From: an uncultured delta proteobacterium
GTDB lineage: Bacteria > Myxococcota_A > Polyangia > Polyangiales > B10-G4
Assembly: GCA_963727445.1 (NCBI GenBank)
Contig: CAVSGI010000009.1
Coordinates: 768,001-832,000, forward strand
Length of the DNA stretch: 64,000 bases
Direction: 5' to 3'
Of this stretch, positions 53,243-63,996 are shown in pieces. Position 1 is the stretch's first letter, and each line of letters begins with the position of its first letter. The notes below the pieces were generated by a model. The model was not told the origin of the DNA. It made no database searches and worked only from the letters and a program-made list of their open reading frames with translations. Made by a program: the position numbers and the translations under genes.

Positions 53243-54088
53243 TCAGATCGGCGCGTAGCGATCGAGGACGGCGAGCAGCTCTTCGTTGAAGCGCGCCGGA
53301 TGCTCGCGGTGGAGGAAGTGACCACCGGGCATGGAGATCACTTCGTAGGCGTCGAGGTAGCGCCCGGCGGCGCGCTCGTAGGCTTTGACCGGAAGGATGT
53401 CGTCGGTTCCCCCGAAAGCGACCGCCGGCATCCGCACTTTCTTCCGTTGGCCTTCGGGGAGCCGGAGCCCGAGCGCGCGGTAATAGCCGAGGGCGGCTTC
53501 GAGAGAGCCCGGATGGGAGAAGGATTCCTTCACCGGGCGCGTCTCCTCGGCGGGGATGTCCTTCCACGCGGGCGACCAGCGATGCCACAGCGCGTCGATG
53601 TGCGCGAAGTCGTGTTGGCGCACCATCTCGGCGGCGCCCTTTCGCCTGAGCGACAAGAAATGGCGGGCCGCCCAGGCGAGCTTCGGTGTGGGGACCATGC
53701 CGGCCGGGTGGGGGATGGCGAGGGTGACGAGGAGCCGGATCTCGTCCGGGCCGAGCCCCGCCGCAGAGAAGGCGGCCGAGGCGCCCCAGTCGTGGCCGAT
53801 CAAGACGAATCGCTCGTCGCCGTCGCCGAGGGCCTCGCCGAGCGCGAGAAGGTCCCGACCGAGGGTGTCGCTGTCGTAGGCGCCGTCCGCCGGGACCTCG
53901 GTGGGATGGTAGCCGCGCATGAAGGGGCTCACCGCCCGGTAACCGGCGCGGGCGAGCGCTGGCCGCACCTCGTCCCAGGTCTGGGCCGTATCCGGAAAGC
54001 CATGGGCGAGGATGACCAGCGGCCCTTCGCCCTCTTCGAGGTAGGCGAAGTCGAGGCCGTTCGCTCGGACTCTCTTCGTTTCGCTCAC
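53243..54088 (-). CDS. Alpha/beta hydrolase, epoxide hydrolase-like
   Basis: HGFP, GHDWG, GHFLH. Confidence 0.88.
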   Translation of the reverse strand: MSETKRVRANGLDFAYLEEGEGPLVILAHGFPDTAQTWDEVRPALARAGYRAVSPFMRGYHPTEVPADGAYDSDTLGRDLLALGEALGDGDERFVLIGHDWGASAAFSAAGLGPDEIRLLVTLAIPHPAGMVPTPKLAWAARHFLSLRRKGAAEMVRQHDFAHIDALWHRWSPAWKDIPAEETRPVKESFSHPGSLEAALGYYRALGLRLPEGQRKKVRMPAVAFGGTDDILPVKAYERAAGRYLDAYEVISMPGGHFLHREHPARFNEELLAVLDRYAPI

Positions 54089-54142
54089 GAAGCCTATGTA
54101 CCGCCACGAGACGAACTCGTCACGACCCGTTACGCTCCAGTC

Positions 54143-54781
54143 ATGCTTTGCGGTCGCTGGTACACGCTTTCTTGTCTCCTCGCCGTGCTCTCGTGCACCA
54201 CGGCCTGTGGAGACGACGCCACGAGCGGGGACGGTGGGCCCCTGGTCGACATCATGGAGAGTCGGCCCGCGGCCATGCCGCTCCCGGGTGAGACCGAGTG
54301 CGTGGTCACCACCGCCCGCGAGCCCGCGACCTCGCGCGACCACGTGACGCCCTGCACCGAGATCGACTATCCGGTCCATCCCCCCACGTCCGGGCCCCAC
54401 TACGACCGGTGGGCGGACTTCCGCGTCTACACCCAGCCCGTGCCCTCCGGCTTCCTCGTTCATTCGATGGAGCACGGGGCCGTGGTCTTCAACTACGACT
54501 GCCCGTCCGGCTGCCCCGACGTGCTGGCAGCGTTCGACGCCATCATGGCCGATCACGGCATCGACCCCTCCTGCGACGGCGTGGACGCCCGCTTCATCGT
54601 CGCCCCGGACCCGGACCTCGACACCCCGATCGCCGTCACGGCCTGGGAGCACCTGTACACCGCGACCTGCCTCGATGAGGAATCGCTCCGCGCCTTCGTC
54701 GAGGCTCACTACGGCCAGGGCCCGGAGGACCTCTGCGGGCGGGGCTTCGACGGAGAAGCGCGCAGCGATTGGTGCGGCTGA
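54143..54781 (+). CDS. DUF3105-like lipoprotein
   Basis: TTAC lipobox; PPTSGPHY, VHSMEHGAV, TAW, GPE motifs. Confidence 0.8.
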   Translation: MLCGRWYTLSCLLAVLSCTTACGDDATSGDGGPLVDIMESRPAAMPLPGETECVVTTAREPATSRDHVTPCTEIDYPVHPPTSGPHYDRWADFRVYTQPVPSGFLVHSMEHGAVVFNYDCPSGCPDVLAAFDAIMADHGIDPSCDGVDARFIVAPDPDLDTPIAVTAWEHLYTATCLDEESLRAFVEAHYGQGPEDLCGRGFDGEARSDWCG

Positions 54782-54797
54782 AGGGGCGCGGCCGCGT

Positions 54798-55187
54798 TCA
54801 GTCGAGCTCGCCGTCGTCTTCGGCGTAGCCGGCGTCGACGTACACGATGTGGGCGACGTCGGCGCGCGAGGCGATCGCCTTGAGGGTGGCGCGGTCGACA
54901 CGCCCGACCGCATCGCGGTCGATGGCGACCAGGTAGAGCTCCGTCAGGTCCGAACGAGACGGGCGCGTGGTGAACTTCACCCGCACCGGAAAGATGGTCT
55001 CGCGGTCGGCTTCGACGCGCGCTTGAAGGACGTCGTCGAGCTTCGCGAGCTCGCCGGGGCTGAGGGCGTTGGCGCTCGTGGCGACCGCCGCTGTGTCGCC
55101 GCTCGCGGCGCTCGCGCCGCCGCAGGCGGACAAGGCTGGAACGAGGACGAGGAGGAGGAGGAGAAAGGGGAGGGGAGTACGGGGCAT
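54798..55187 (-). CDS. Hypothetical lipoprotein
   Basis: LSAC lipobox after a hydrophobic stretch. Confidence 0.7.
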   Translation of the reverse strand: MPRTPLPFLLLLLVLVPALSACGGASAASGDTAAVATSANALSPGELAKLDDVLQARVEADRETIFPVRVKFTTRPSRSDLTELYLVAIDRDAVGRVDRATLKAIASRADVAHIVYVDAGYAEDDGELD

Positions 55188-55345
55188 CTGGTCTTTCTTT
55201 TCGTCCTTCCCCTCTATCGGTCAACGGATGGGTCGCGCGCCATCCACCAAACATTCATCTTCGGGCCGCGCACCCTTCGGTCGATCGACTGACGAACACC
55301 CATGAAGGGCCCCTGATTCCCGACAGAATCGGGCTGGTCTGGTCT

Positions 55346-56590
55346 ATGCTCCCGGCCGTGCGCGGCCGCGTCGTCCACGTCCTCCGCAAGTACGACCCGC
55401 TCGAGTGGGGCGGCACCGAGACGCACGTGGCCGAGGTCACGCGGCGCCTGGCCCATATGGGGTGGGAGGTGGAGGTCCACGCCCCCCGCGGGCCGTCGAC
55501 GCCCGACACCGCGCTCGACCCGGCGGTGCGCCTGAGGCGCTACCGCTCCTTTCTGCCGATGGTCGGCGGTGCGGAAGGGCGCCGTGGGCTCATCAAGAAC
55601 GCGGGCAACATCGTCACCCTCGACGAGCCCCTCCGGCTCCTTCTCGATCGCCAAACGACCCTGGCCCATCTCCACAGCGGGGGGCGCATGGGGGCGTCGG
55701 TGCGCACCGCGATGAGGCTCACGGGGCGGCCTTACCTGATCAGCGTTCACGGGCCGCTCCTGGCCAATCAGGAGTGGCTGAAGGCGGACACCGAGAAACG
55801 CATGTCGAGGGTGGTCGACCTCGGCCAGCCCTTCGGCCTGCTCTTCGGCTCGCGGCGTGTCCTCGGCGACGCCGCGCGGGTGATCACCTTCAACGAGGAG
55901 GAGCGTGAAGCGATCGGGCGACGGATCGGCGCGCGCTCGATCCGCATGGACCACGGCGTCGACGTAGAGCGCCTCTCCAGCGGCGATCTCGACCGCGCGA
56001 AGCAGCTCTGGCCCGAGCTCGGCGAGGAGCCCGTGATCCTCCTGGTCGGTCGTCTCGCCTCTCAGAAGAACCAGGTCTTCGCCGTGCGCGCCTTTGCTGA
56101 AGCGGCCGCCGAGACGCACCGCCTGGTGCTCGCGGGGGCCGCCACGGACGTCGGGTATCGCGAGGAGATCGAGGCGGAGATCCGTGCGCGAGGCGTGGGA
56201 GATCGGGTGCACGTTCTGGGGAACGTCGCTCGCGACGATGTTCCGCATCTCTACCGGCGTGCGGACATCCTCCTGATCACATCGACGCACGAGGCCTTTG
56301 GGCTGATCGTCCTCGAGGGTTGGGCGGCCGGGTTGCCGGTGCTCTTCCCGCGCCTGGCAGGCCTGGCCGACATCGCCGACGCCCTCGGTCACGAAGAGGC
56401 CGCGGTGAGTGGCTTCGAGGTCGACGAGTGGTCCGCGCGCTTGCGCTCGCTCGCGGCCGACGACGGGGCGCGGCGCGCGAACGCCGAAGCGGGGATGAGC
56501 CTCGTACGCCGTCGCTACGATTGGGACCGCGTCACCGAGCGGCTCTCTGAGCTCTACGAAGAAGTGCTTCGCGAACGCCGCGTTCGGTGA
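55346..56590 (+). CDS. Glycosyltransferase family 4
   Basis: WGGTE, VGRLASQKN, EAFGLIVLEGWAAGLP. Confidence 0.9.
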   Translation: MLPAVRGRVVHVLRKYDPLEWGGTETHVAEVTRRLAHMGWEVEVHAPRGPSTPDTALDPAVRLRRYRSFLPMVGGAEGRRGLIKNAGNIVTLDEPLRLLLDRQTTLAHLHSGGRMGASVRTAMRLTGRPYLISVHGPLLANQEWLKADTEKRMSRVVDLGQPFGLLFGSRRVLGDAARVITFNEEEREAIGRRIGARSIRMDHGVDVERLSSGDLDRAKQLWPELGEEPVILLVGRLASQKNQVFAVRAFAEAAAETHRLVLAGAATDVGYREEIEAEIRARGVGDRVHVLGNVARDDVPHLYRRADILLITSTHEAFGLIVLEGWAAGLPVLFPRLAGLADIADALGHEEAAVSGFEVDEWSARLRSLAADDGARRANAEAGMSLVRRRYDWDRVTERLSELYEEVLRERRVR

Positions 56591-56718
56591 CGCGCGAGCC
56601 GTAGAGCCCATGTCACGTGAACGCGGTGCACGGCGCGTCAAGGGGCGGCCCTGATCGCGCTGGATGGACGTGCGTCGTGTCTTGCTCGGTATGCCGGGGC
56701 GCCTACGAGACGGGCGTG

Positions 56719-57276
56719 ATGGAAAACATGAATTTCGCCGCAACCATCGAGGGGATCCGTGAGCGCGTTCGGGAGGAGATCCTCCAGGGCGCCGTGACGC
56801 CGGCGTACAACGCGGACGTCGAGAAAGTATGTGAGGTGCTGAACGAAGTGCTCGCGACGGAGATCATCTGCGCGCTCAGGTATCAGAACAACCACTACGT
56901 TGCGCTCCAGAACGGTGACCACCGCGTCGCCGAGGAATTCGCGGAGCACGCAAAGCAGGAAATGGAGCATCAGGAGCGGGTCGCGGCCCGCATCTGTCTC
57001 CTGGGCGGGCTTCCCGATTTCGATCCACGTCGTGTCGTCAAGCGCGCCCACGCCGAGTACTCGAGCAGCAGCTACCTGCGCGAGTTACTCCAGGAAAATC
57101 TGGTAGCGGAGCGTGTCGCGGTCGCGACCTATTCCCAGATCGTTCGCTGGCTGGGAGACGACGATCCCACGACTCGCCGAATGATGGAGGACATCCTCGC
57201 ACAGGAGGAGGAGCACGCGGACGACCTGGTCGACCTGATCCGCGCGGTGGACTCCCGAACGGCGAGTCAGCACTGA
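56719..57276 (+). CDS. Ferritin-like (bacterioferritin/DPS-like) diiron protein
   Basis: LATE, EMEH, LVAERVA, EEEHADDL ferroxidase-type ExxH motifs. Confidence 0.85.
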   Translation: MENMNFAATIEGIRERVREEILQGAVTPAYNADVEKVCEVLNEVLATEIICALRYQNNHYVALQNGDHRVAEEFAEHAKQEMEHQERVAARICLLGGLPDFDPRRVVKRAHAEYSSSSYLRELLQENLVAERVAVATYSQIVRWLGDDDPTTRRMMEDILAQEEEHADDLVDLIRAVDSRTASQH

Positions 57277-57293
57277 GGAGAGCGAGGTGAGCC

Positions 57294-58367
57294 ATGAGCG
57301 CCGAACCAGAAACGACGGGGGACCACGGTAGAAGGCGGGTCGTCGGCTTTCTGGGAGGCATTCGGCTCGGGCGCCTCTTCGGAATCGAGATCGTCGCGGA
57401 CTGGAGCCTGATCCTCATCTTCGTCCTGATCGCGATGGACCTGGGCCTCGGGGTGCTGCCCTCCTGGCACCCCGATTGGAGCCCGGGGCTCATCGCCGGA
57501 ATGGCGCTCGGCACGGCGGTCGCGTTCTTCGCGTCGATCCTGGTACACGAGCTCTCCCACGCGCTGGTCGCGCGGCAGTTCGACGTTCCCGTCCCCCGGA
57601 TCACGCTCTTCCTCTTCGGCGGGATGGCGCACATGGAAGGTGAGCCGCCCTCGCCCATGAGTGAGATGGCGATCGCGGCCATCGGACCCGTCGTGAGCAT
57701 CGTCATCGGGGTGTTGACCACGCTCGTCGGCGTGTCGATCGCCGGGCCCGACGTGATGACCGCGGAGATCACCGGCGCCCCGGTTCAGCTGCTGCGGACG
57801 ATCGGGCCGGCCGCGACGCTCCTGCTCTGGCTCGGGCCGATCAACGTCGTCCTCGGCCTGTTCAACCTGGTCCCCGGTTTTCCGCTCGACGGAGGCCGCG
57901 TGCTCCGTTCGATTCTCTGGGCGGCCACGGGTGATCTCGTGAAGGCGACGCGTTGGGCTTCCACCGCCGGTCGCTTGGTGGCGTGGGGCCTGGTCGCCTT
58001 CGGGCTGTTGAACGTCTTCGAGGGCGATCTCGGCGGCCTCTGGCTGATGCTCATCGGCTGGTTCCTGCACTCGGCCGCCCGCGCCAGCTACCAGCAGCTC
58101 CTCGTCAAGCAGGCGCTCGCGGGCGTCAGCGTCGGAGCGCTCATGGGCAACGTCCCCGAGTACATGAAGTCGCGCCTCGCGGGCGCGTCCTTCGACGACG
58201 CGCTCTCGCCAACCGACCCCGCCAGCGAGGCGATGCGTCGCCTCGTCTCCACCCGAGGTGAGGCGCTGCCCGTCGTCGAAGATGGTGAGCTGCGCGGCAT
58301 CCTCACTTTGCACGACGTCCTCCGCTATCTCGACCTGCTGGCGCCGACCAGCGTTGGAACCGGCTGA
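57294..58367 (+). CDS. Site-2 (M50) zinc metalloprotease with CBS-like C-terminus
   Basis: HELSH, IAAIGP, FNLVPGFPLDGGR. Confidence 0.92.
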   Translation: MSAEPETTGDHGRRRVVGFLGGIRLGRLFGIEIVADWSLILIFVLIAMDLGLGVLPSWHPDWSPGLIAGMALGTAVAFFASILVHELSHALVARQFDVPVPRITLFLFGGMAHMEGEPPSPMSEMAIAAIGPVVSIVIGVLTTLVGVSIAGPDVMTAEITGAPVQLLRTIGPAATLLLWLGPINVVLGLFNLVPGFPLDGGRVLRSILWAATGDLVKATRWASTAGRLVAWGLVAFGLLNVFEGDLGGLWLMLIGWFLHSAARASYQQLLVKQALAGVSVGALMGNVPEYMKSRLAGASFDDALSPTDPASEAMRRLVSTRGEALPVVEDGELRGILTLHDVLRYLDLLAPTSVGTG

Positions 58368-58373
58368 AGGAGC

Positions 58374-58955
58374 ATGAAGATCATGATCGACCACCAGACC
58401 AGGACCGCGATCCGAGCGGCAGTGCTAGTGACGGCGGTGGCGCTCGTGCTGCCGACAACCGCCCAGGCGCAGACCACCGGGGCGCCTCCCGACAGCGGTC
58501 ACCTCGACGCCTATCACGCGATGCAGGACGTCACCCTCGGGCTGATGGGCGCGACGCTGACGCTGGGCTCGATCCAGCTCTACAACATGCCCACCATCTT
58601 CAGCGACGGTGGCTGTTTGCGTCAGAAGGCCGCGTTCGGGGCTTTCGCTTGCGAGCACCGCCTCACCCTCGTGCACGCGGGGATGGGCGCGCTGAGCCTC
58701 GGCTCCTACATCGCCACCGAAATCTTGTCGGCGGATCTGCCCACCCGGAATCGCAGCGCGACCGAATCGACGATCTCCGACGTCTTGACCGTCGCCACCG
58801 CGATTGGCTACGGCGTCACCGCCATCATCGGGTTGATCGCCGCCAACCTGGGCGACTTCGACGTGCAGAAGGTGCTGCGGGTCATCCACGCGGGCATCGC
58901 TCTGCTGACGGTCGGTGCCTTCGCCACGCAAGTGGGCATGGAGCACATACGCTGA
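58374..58955 (+). CDS. Hypothetical membrane protein
   Basis: AAGGAG RBS; signal peptide plus about four hydrophobic helices, several with His. Confidence 0.7.
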   Translation: MKIMIDHQTRTAIRAAVLVTAVALVLPTTAQAQTTGAPPDSGHLDAYHAMQDVTLGLMGATLTLGSIQLYNMPTIFSDGGCLRQKAAFGAFACEHRLTLVHAGMGALSLGSYIATEILSADLPTRNRSATESTISDVLTVATAIGYGVTAIIGLIAANLGDFDVQKVLRVIHAGIALLTVGAFATQVGMEHIR

Positions 58956-59140
58956 GCCAGCTCGGACCCCGGTGGGCGGGCGGAGCCCCCGGCTGTCGCC
59001 ATCGTCGGATGAGCGCCTGACGCCCCTCGCGACCCCCGACGGCGTGCGGACGGCGGAACAAAGGCCGGCCCCGCGCTGTCGGTCCCAATCGGGAAGGTAT
59101 TCTCCTGCCTCACCGTTCGCTATGGTTGGGGCCTTCCGGG

Positions 59141-61006
59141 ATGGGGAAGTTGTCGAAATTGGTGGGGTCCGTCCGCCGAGCGCTCCTGCTCAGGGGGGTG
59201 ATCGCCGGATTCTGCGCGGGGGCGGTGGTCACCGGCTCACTCGCCCTCACGTCGATCCTCTTCTTTCCCGAGATCCCGCGGCTGCCGCTCCTCGCGCTTC
59301 TGGTCCTGGGCCCCCTGGTCGGCTTCTTCCGGGCGCTGCGCGGCATGCCGAGCGAGCGTGATCTGGCCCTGTGGGTGGACCGCCAGCTCGGCGCTGACGC
59401 CGCCATCGTGACGGCGCTCGAGCTCGGAGAAGAAGACACCGATGCCTTCGCCGAAACCGTGCGCGCCGAAGCCGCCAACGCTCTGGCCGGTGCGCGGGTC
59501 GAGGACGTGCGCCCGCGTATCGTCGGGAGCGAGCCCTGGGGCTTGCCGATCGCGGCCGCGTTCTTCGCCACCGCCATCTACCTGCCGCCGCCGCCCGAGG
59601 CGCCCGCCGCGCCCGGTTCCGAGGTCGTGACCATCGACGACGCCGAGGCGCTGCGCCGCATCGAGCGCCTTCCCGAGCAGGTGCGCGATCCCGAGCGGCG
59701 CGAGCTGCTGCGGGACGCGGCGCGCGAGGCGCGCGAGCTTCGCCAGGACCTGGCGCGAGGCACGGAGGAGCGCGACGCGCTCGACCGGATCGCCAGGGTG
59801 CGCGAGCAGGTGGAGGCCGCGCGGCGCCGCGAGACCGCGGAGGAGCGCCGCGCGCGCGACGCCGCGGTCGAGGCGCTCGAAGGCGAAGCGGAGATGCAGC
59901 AGGCGCTCGCAGAGCGCGACCTCACGGCCCTCGACCGGGCGGTGGCGCGCGCCGCAGCGCGACGGGAGGCGTCGGATCGGGCGCGCGCCCGCGAGGCGCT
60001 CCAGCGTGCGGCGGAGGCGGCGCGCGAGGCGGGGGACGAGGCCATGGCCGAGTCGCTGCTCCGTCGCGATCGGCTCCTGGACCGGCGGGCACAGCAAGCG
60101 GAGCTGGCCCGCCAGCTCGCCGAGGCGATGCCCGAGCTGGCGGATGCGGGCCTCGGGCGCACCCTCGAGCGTCTCGACCGCGACGGCGCGGACGAGCAGC
60201 TGACCCAGGGCATGGTCGACGCCATGCGTGAGGCCTGGTCGCGCCTGAGTGAAGAGGAGCGACAGCGCCTCGCGGAGGCGATGCGGAGCGCCGAGCAGAT
60301 CGAAAACGATCAGGCGGCCGACGACGCGCAGGCGTCCCAGGGAGAGATGAGCGCGGACGAGATGGAGCAACAGCTCCGCGACGCCCTCGCCAATCTCGAC
60401 AACCTGCGCACGCAGGTCGGCGCAGGCGGCATGAGGGTGGCCCAGAACGGGAACGGGCAGAACGGGCAGAACGGGAACGGGCAGAACGGGCAGAACGGGA
60501 ACGGGAACGGGCAGAACGGGAACGGGCAGAACGGGCAGAACGGGAACGGGAACGGGAACGGGAACGGGAACGGGAATGGGAACGGGAACGGGAACGGGAA
60601 CGGGAACGGGAACGGGAACGGGAACGGGAACGGGAACGGGAACGGGAACGGGAACGGGAACGGGAACGGGAACGGGAACGGGAACGGGAACGGGAACGGA
60701 AACGGAAACGGAAGCGGCACCGGTGGGCCGGGGCCTGGCGGGGGTGTGGGCCCCGAGGGCGGCGAGACCCAGCGCCTCGACGGCGACGACGGGACGCTCG
60801 CGCGCGTTCGCCCGATGCTCGGCCCGGGAACGCCCTCTCGCCGTACCATCCGCTGGATGAACCCCGACGGCACACCGCTCCCCGAGACCGCTCCCGACCC
60901 GTCCGCGACCGGTCAGGCCGCCGAGGGTGAGCCCGGCGCCATCGAGCGGGCACCCTTGCCCGAGGACTACCGCGATCACGTCCGAGTCTTTTTCGGAGGG
61001 GAGTGA
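59141..61006 (+). CDS. Membrane-anchored coiled-coil protein with (NG)n tract, MoxR-operon associated
   Basis: N-terminal TM helices, long Ala/Glu/Arg helical region, Gly/Asn tract, C-terminal [13 protein letters not shown]. Confidence 0.8.
   Translation: MGKLSKLVGSVRRALLLRGVIAGFCAGAVVTGSLALTSILFFPEIPRLPLLALLVLGPLVGFFRALRGMPSERDLALWVDRQLGADAAIVTALELGEEDTDAFAETVRAEAANALAGARVEDVRPRIVGSEPWGLPIAAAFFATAIYLPPPPEAPAAPGSEVVTIDDAEALRRIERLPEQVRDPERRELLRDAAREARELRQDLARGTEERDALDRIARVREQVEAARRRETAEERRARDAAVEALEGEAEMQQALAERDLTALDRAVARAAARREASDRARAREALQRAAEAAREAGDEAMAESLLRRDRLLDRRAQQAELARQLAEAMPELADAGLGRTLERLDRDGADEQLTQGMVDAMREAWSRLSEEERQRLAEAMRSAEQIENDQAADDAQASQGEMSADEMEQQLRDALANLDNLRTQVGAGGMRVAQNGNGQNGQNGNGQNGQNGNGNGQNGNGQNGQNGNGNGNGNGNGNGNGNGNGNGNGNGNGNGNGNGNGNGNGNGNGNGNGNGNGNGNGNGSGTGGPGPGGGVGPEGGETQRLDGDDGTLARVRPMLGPGTPSRRTIRWMNPDGTPLPETAPDPSATGQAAEGEPGAIERAPLPEDYRDHVRVFFGGE
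60443..60712 (+). repeat. In-frame microsatellite (AACGGG)n preceded by CAGAACGGG units
   Basis: 29 consecutive Asn-Gly hexamers at 60539-60712, nearly codon-pure. Confidence 0.95.
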
Positions 61007-61008
61007 GC

Positions 61009-62025
61009 ATGGCCAGCTCTAGCGAAGAGCGGATCGAGCAGTTCCACGAGGTGGCGAAGCGGCTCCGGGCGGCGGTCGCCGAGGTCGTCGTCGGTCAACA
61101 GGACGTGGTCGAAGAGGTGCTGTTGTGCCTCTTCGCCGGGGGTCACGCGTTGCTCGAGGGCGCGCCCGGGCTCGGCAAGACGCTCCTGGTGCGAACGCTC
61201 TCCGAGGCGATGCATCTCGAGTTCTCGCGCATCCAGTTCACGCCCGACCTGATGCCGGCGGACATCGTCGGGACCAACGTCGTCGTCGAGGACGAGACGG
61301 GCCGTAAGCGCTTCGAGCTACAGAAGGGCCCGATCTTCGCGCAGCTCGTCCTCGCGGACGAGATCAACCGCGCGACGCCCAAGACCCAGAGCGCGCTGCT
61401 CGAAGCGATGGCCGAGCATCACGTCACCATCGCTGGCGAGCGTCACCGTCTGGAGCAGCCCTTCTTCGTCCTCGCGACCGAGAACCCCATCGAGATGGAG
61501 GGGACCTACCCGCTCCCCGAGGCCCAGCTCGATCGCTTCCTCTTCAAAGTGCTGGTGCCGCAGCCCGACGAGGACACGCTGGTGGGCATCCTCGACCTCA
61601 CCACCGGCACGGCGCGCCCCGAAGTGCCCCGCGTGGTCGACGGCAAGACCCTCCTCGAGCTCCGGGAGCTGGTGCGCGAGGTGCGTGTCGCCGAGCCGCT
61701 CACCCGCTACGTCGCGCGTCTGGTGCGCGCCAGCGACCCAGGGACCGAGTCCGCCGCGCCTTCGGCCAAGCGCCTGCTTCGCTACGGCGCGGGCGTCCGT
61801 GGCGGCCAGAGCCTGATGCTCGCTGCCAAGGTGCATGCCCTGACGCAGGGTCGGGCCCACGTCTCCTTCGGTGACTTCGAACGGGTTGCCCTGCCGGCGC
61901 TCCGCCATCGCGTCATCCCGAGCTTCGAAGCGGAAGCCGATGGCATCTCGCCCGACGAGATCGTCCGGCGCATTCTCGGCGAGGTCGCGCAGGTTCCCGA
62001 CTCGGTGGCGGCGATCGCGAGCTGA
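61009..62025 (+). CDS. moxR: MoxR family AAA+ ATPase
   Basis: GAPGLGKT, RIQFTPDLMPADI, LADEINRATPKTQSALLEAM, EGTYPLPEAQLDRF. Confidence 0.93.
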   Translation: MASSSEERIEQFHEVAKRLRAAVAEVVVGQQDVVEEVLLCLFAGGHALLEGAPGLGKTLLVRTLSEAMHLEFSRIQFTPDLMPADIVGTNVVVEDETGRKRFELQKGPIFAQLVLADEINRATPKTQSALLEAMAEHHVTIAGERHRLEQPFFVLATENPIEMEGTYPLPEAQLDRFLFKVLVPQPDEDTLVGILDLTTGTARPEVPRVVDGKTLLELRELVREVRVAEPLTRYVARLVRASDPGTESAAPSAKRLLRYGAGVRGGQSLMLAAKVHALTQGRAHVSFGDFERVALPALRHRVIPSFEAEADGISPDEIVRRILGEVAQVPDSVAAIAS

Positions 62026-62027
62026 CG

Positions 62028-63996
62028 ATGAGGATCCTCCTCGCCAGCCTGCTCGCGTACCTGGTCGCGTCGCCGAGCCTCGCCTCCGCGCAGCAGAACC
62101 AGCAACCCCGGCCCGTCGCCATCGCCGCGCGCGCGCTCTTCGGCGAGCAGCTTCTCCTCTCGAACGCACACGTGCCGATCCTGGTGACGCTGCAGAACCG
62201 CACGCAGCGCACGCTCAGCGGCCGGGTGGTGATCGAGATCGAGAACTACGCGAGCGGGAAGCGATCGTACGAGATCGCCGCCGATCTGCCGCCGCGCGAA
62301 GGGCGGCAGGTGGTGTTGACACCCTACGTCGTCGATGGTGGAACACTGAACGTCAGCTATCGGGTGGGGAGCCGCCCCCTCGCCCGCGCGGTCTTGAACA
62401 CCAGTTACTCGCCGGCGCTCTCGGGCATGGTGCTCCTCGACAACCCCTCACACCTGCGGGGCTCGTTGCTCGAGATGGAGGTGGAGGAGGCGGGCGGTGG
62501 CCCCTACGGCGCACCGCGTATGGTCCGCATGCCGGTGGGCACCGTGCCGATGGACCCGCGGAGCGCGGACCCGATCCTCCCGCGCAACCCGGTCGCGTGG
62601 TCGGGGGTGTCGCTCCTCATCACCAGCGCGCCAGCGCTCGAGCGCGTTGGCGAGCCCGAGCGCGAGGCGATCGTCGACTGGATCCGGGCTGGCGGACAGC
62701 TCCTGGTGTTCCTCCGGAGCGACGCCGATGCGCGCGGGCCGGCGATGAGCAGCCTCATCGGCACGCCCGCGCTCGAGGCGACAGCCGATCCTGCGTTGGC
62801 CTCGTCCTTCGTGCCTCCCAACGCTGAGGCCAAGACGCTCGTCGCGCCGGACGTGAGAGCCGAAGTATTCGGCGGCTCGCGGCGAATCGGGTTCGGTCGT
62901 GTCTTCGTCGCGACTTATGAGGGCACCTCGCCCCGCTTCGCGTCCGCGGTGCAGACCCGCGAGCTGGTGCGGGCGGTCCTGTCGCGGCCTCGGACGCCCG
63001 GCGAGAACGCGCCGGCGATGCCCTTCGGTCGCTACGAGGACTCGCTCACGGACGACTTCTTCGGCAGCGGGCCCAGCTTCTCGTCGCTCCGCCCCTCGCT
63101 CGATCCGAACGAGGGCTATCGCCCCGCGCTCGCGCTTGTCGCGGTGGTGTTGCTCCTCTACGTGCTGGTGGTGGGGCCGCTCAACTTCACCTTCGTCGGT
63201 CGACGCGGCAAGCCGACCCTGGCGCTGTTGACGACACCGGTCGCGGCGGCGGGCTGCCTGGGCGTGCTCTTGATGGTTGGCTACATCGGCAAGGGCGTCA
63301 CCATGAGACACAGAATCGGTCCAGGTGGTGGAGCTCCTCGAGGGCGAGAGCCTCGGGCCCGCGCGCCGTTACGACGGCCTCTTCCTCACGCGGCCGGCCA
63401 CCTTCGACATGCCGTCGCCCGAGCGGGGGATCGCCCGACCGATCGGCGATGGAGGCGACCATCCGACCACGGTCTTCGACGGAGACGGCAGCACGCTCCG
63501 CGGCATGCGGGGTGGGCTGTGGGAGACGATCTTCGTCCGCGAGGACTACGTCGCGGACCTCGGGGGAGAGGTGACCTTCGAGCGGGCCGGCCGGCGTGTG
63601 GTCGCGGTGGTCAATCACACGCCCCACGATCTTCACGGCGCAGTGGTGATCGACGGGATCGGCGGCGTGTACCGCGTGGGCGACGTGCCGGCGGGCGGCC
63701 GCGCCATGGTCCCCAGCACGACCGCCATGAGCGTCGGGACGTCCAACGCTTTCTGGGGACCCGACGATTACACAGTGACCCAGTTCGCCGAGACCATGGG
63801 CTTCCCCAGCGACCAGCGCGCCATCCTCGACGGCGTCTCCAAGGTGCTGGGGGGCAACTTCACGGTGGGGAGCGTGCCCGTCCTCTTCGCCGCGCTCGAG
63901 ATCGAACGCCCGCCCGTCGCCGACACCTTCCGCCCCGAGCTCGACTACACCTTCGTCCGCGTGGTGCCCAACCTCGAAAAGGAGCTGGCCCCATGA
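62028..63996 (+). CDS. Large exported/membrane protein of the MoxR operon; apparent +1 frameshift near 63314
   Basis: Manual translation from ATG 62028 (MRILLASLLAYLVASPSLASAQQ...) through VVGPLNF TM helices to VTMRHR, which joins SVQVVELLEG (track ORF 63325..63996) after removing one A. Confidence 0.75.

Noticed and set aside
56719..57276. Encapsulin cargo protein
   Set aside because: No LTVGSL-like targeting peptide and no encapsulin gene in the window
60310..60873. Poly-(FP), poly-(RS), poly-(VP) and poly-(GT) ORFs
   Set aside because: Alternative frames of the AACGGG microsatellite
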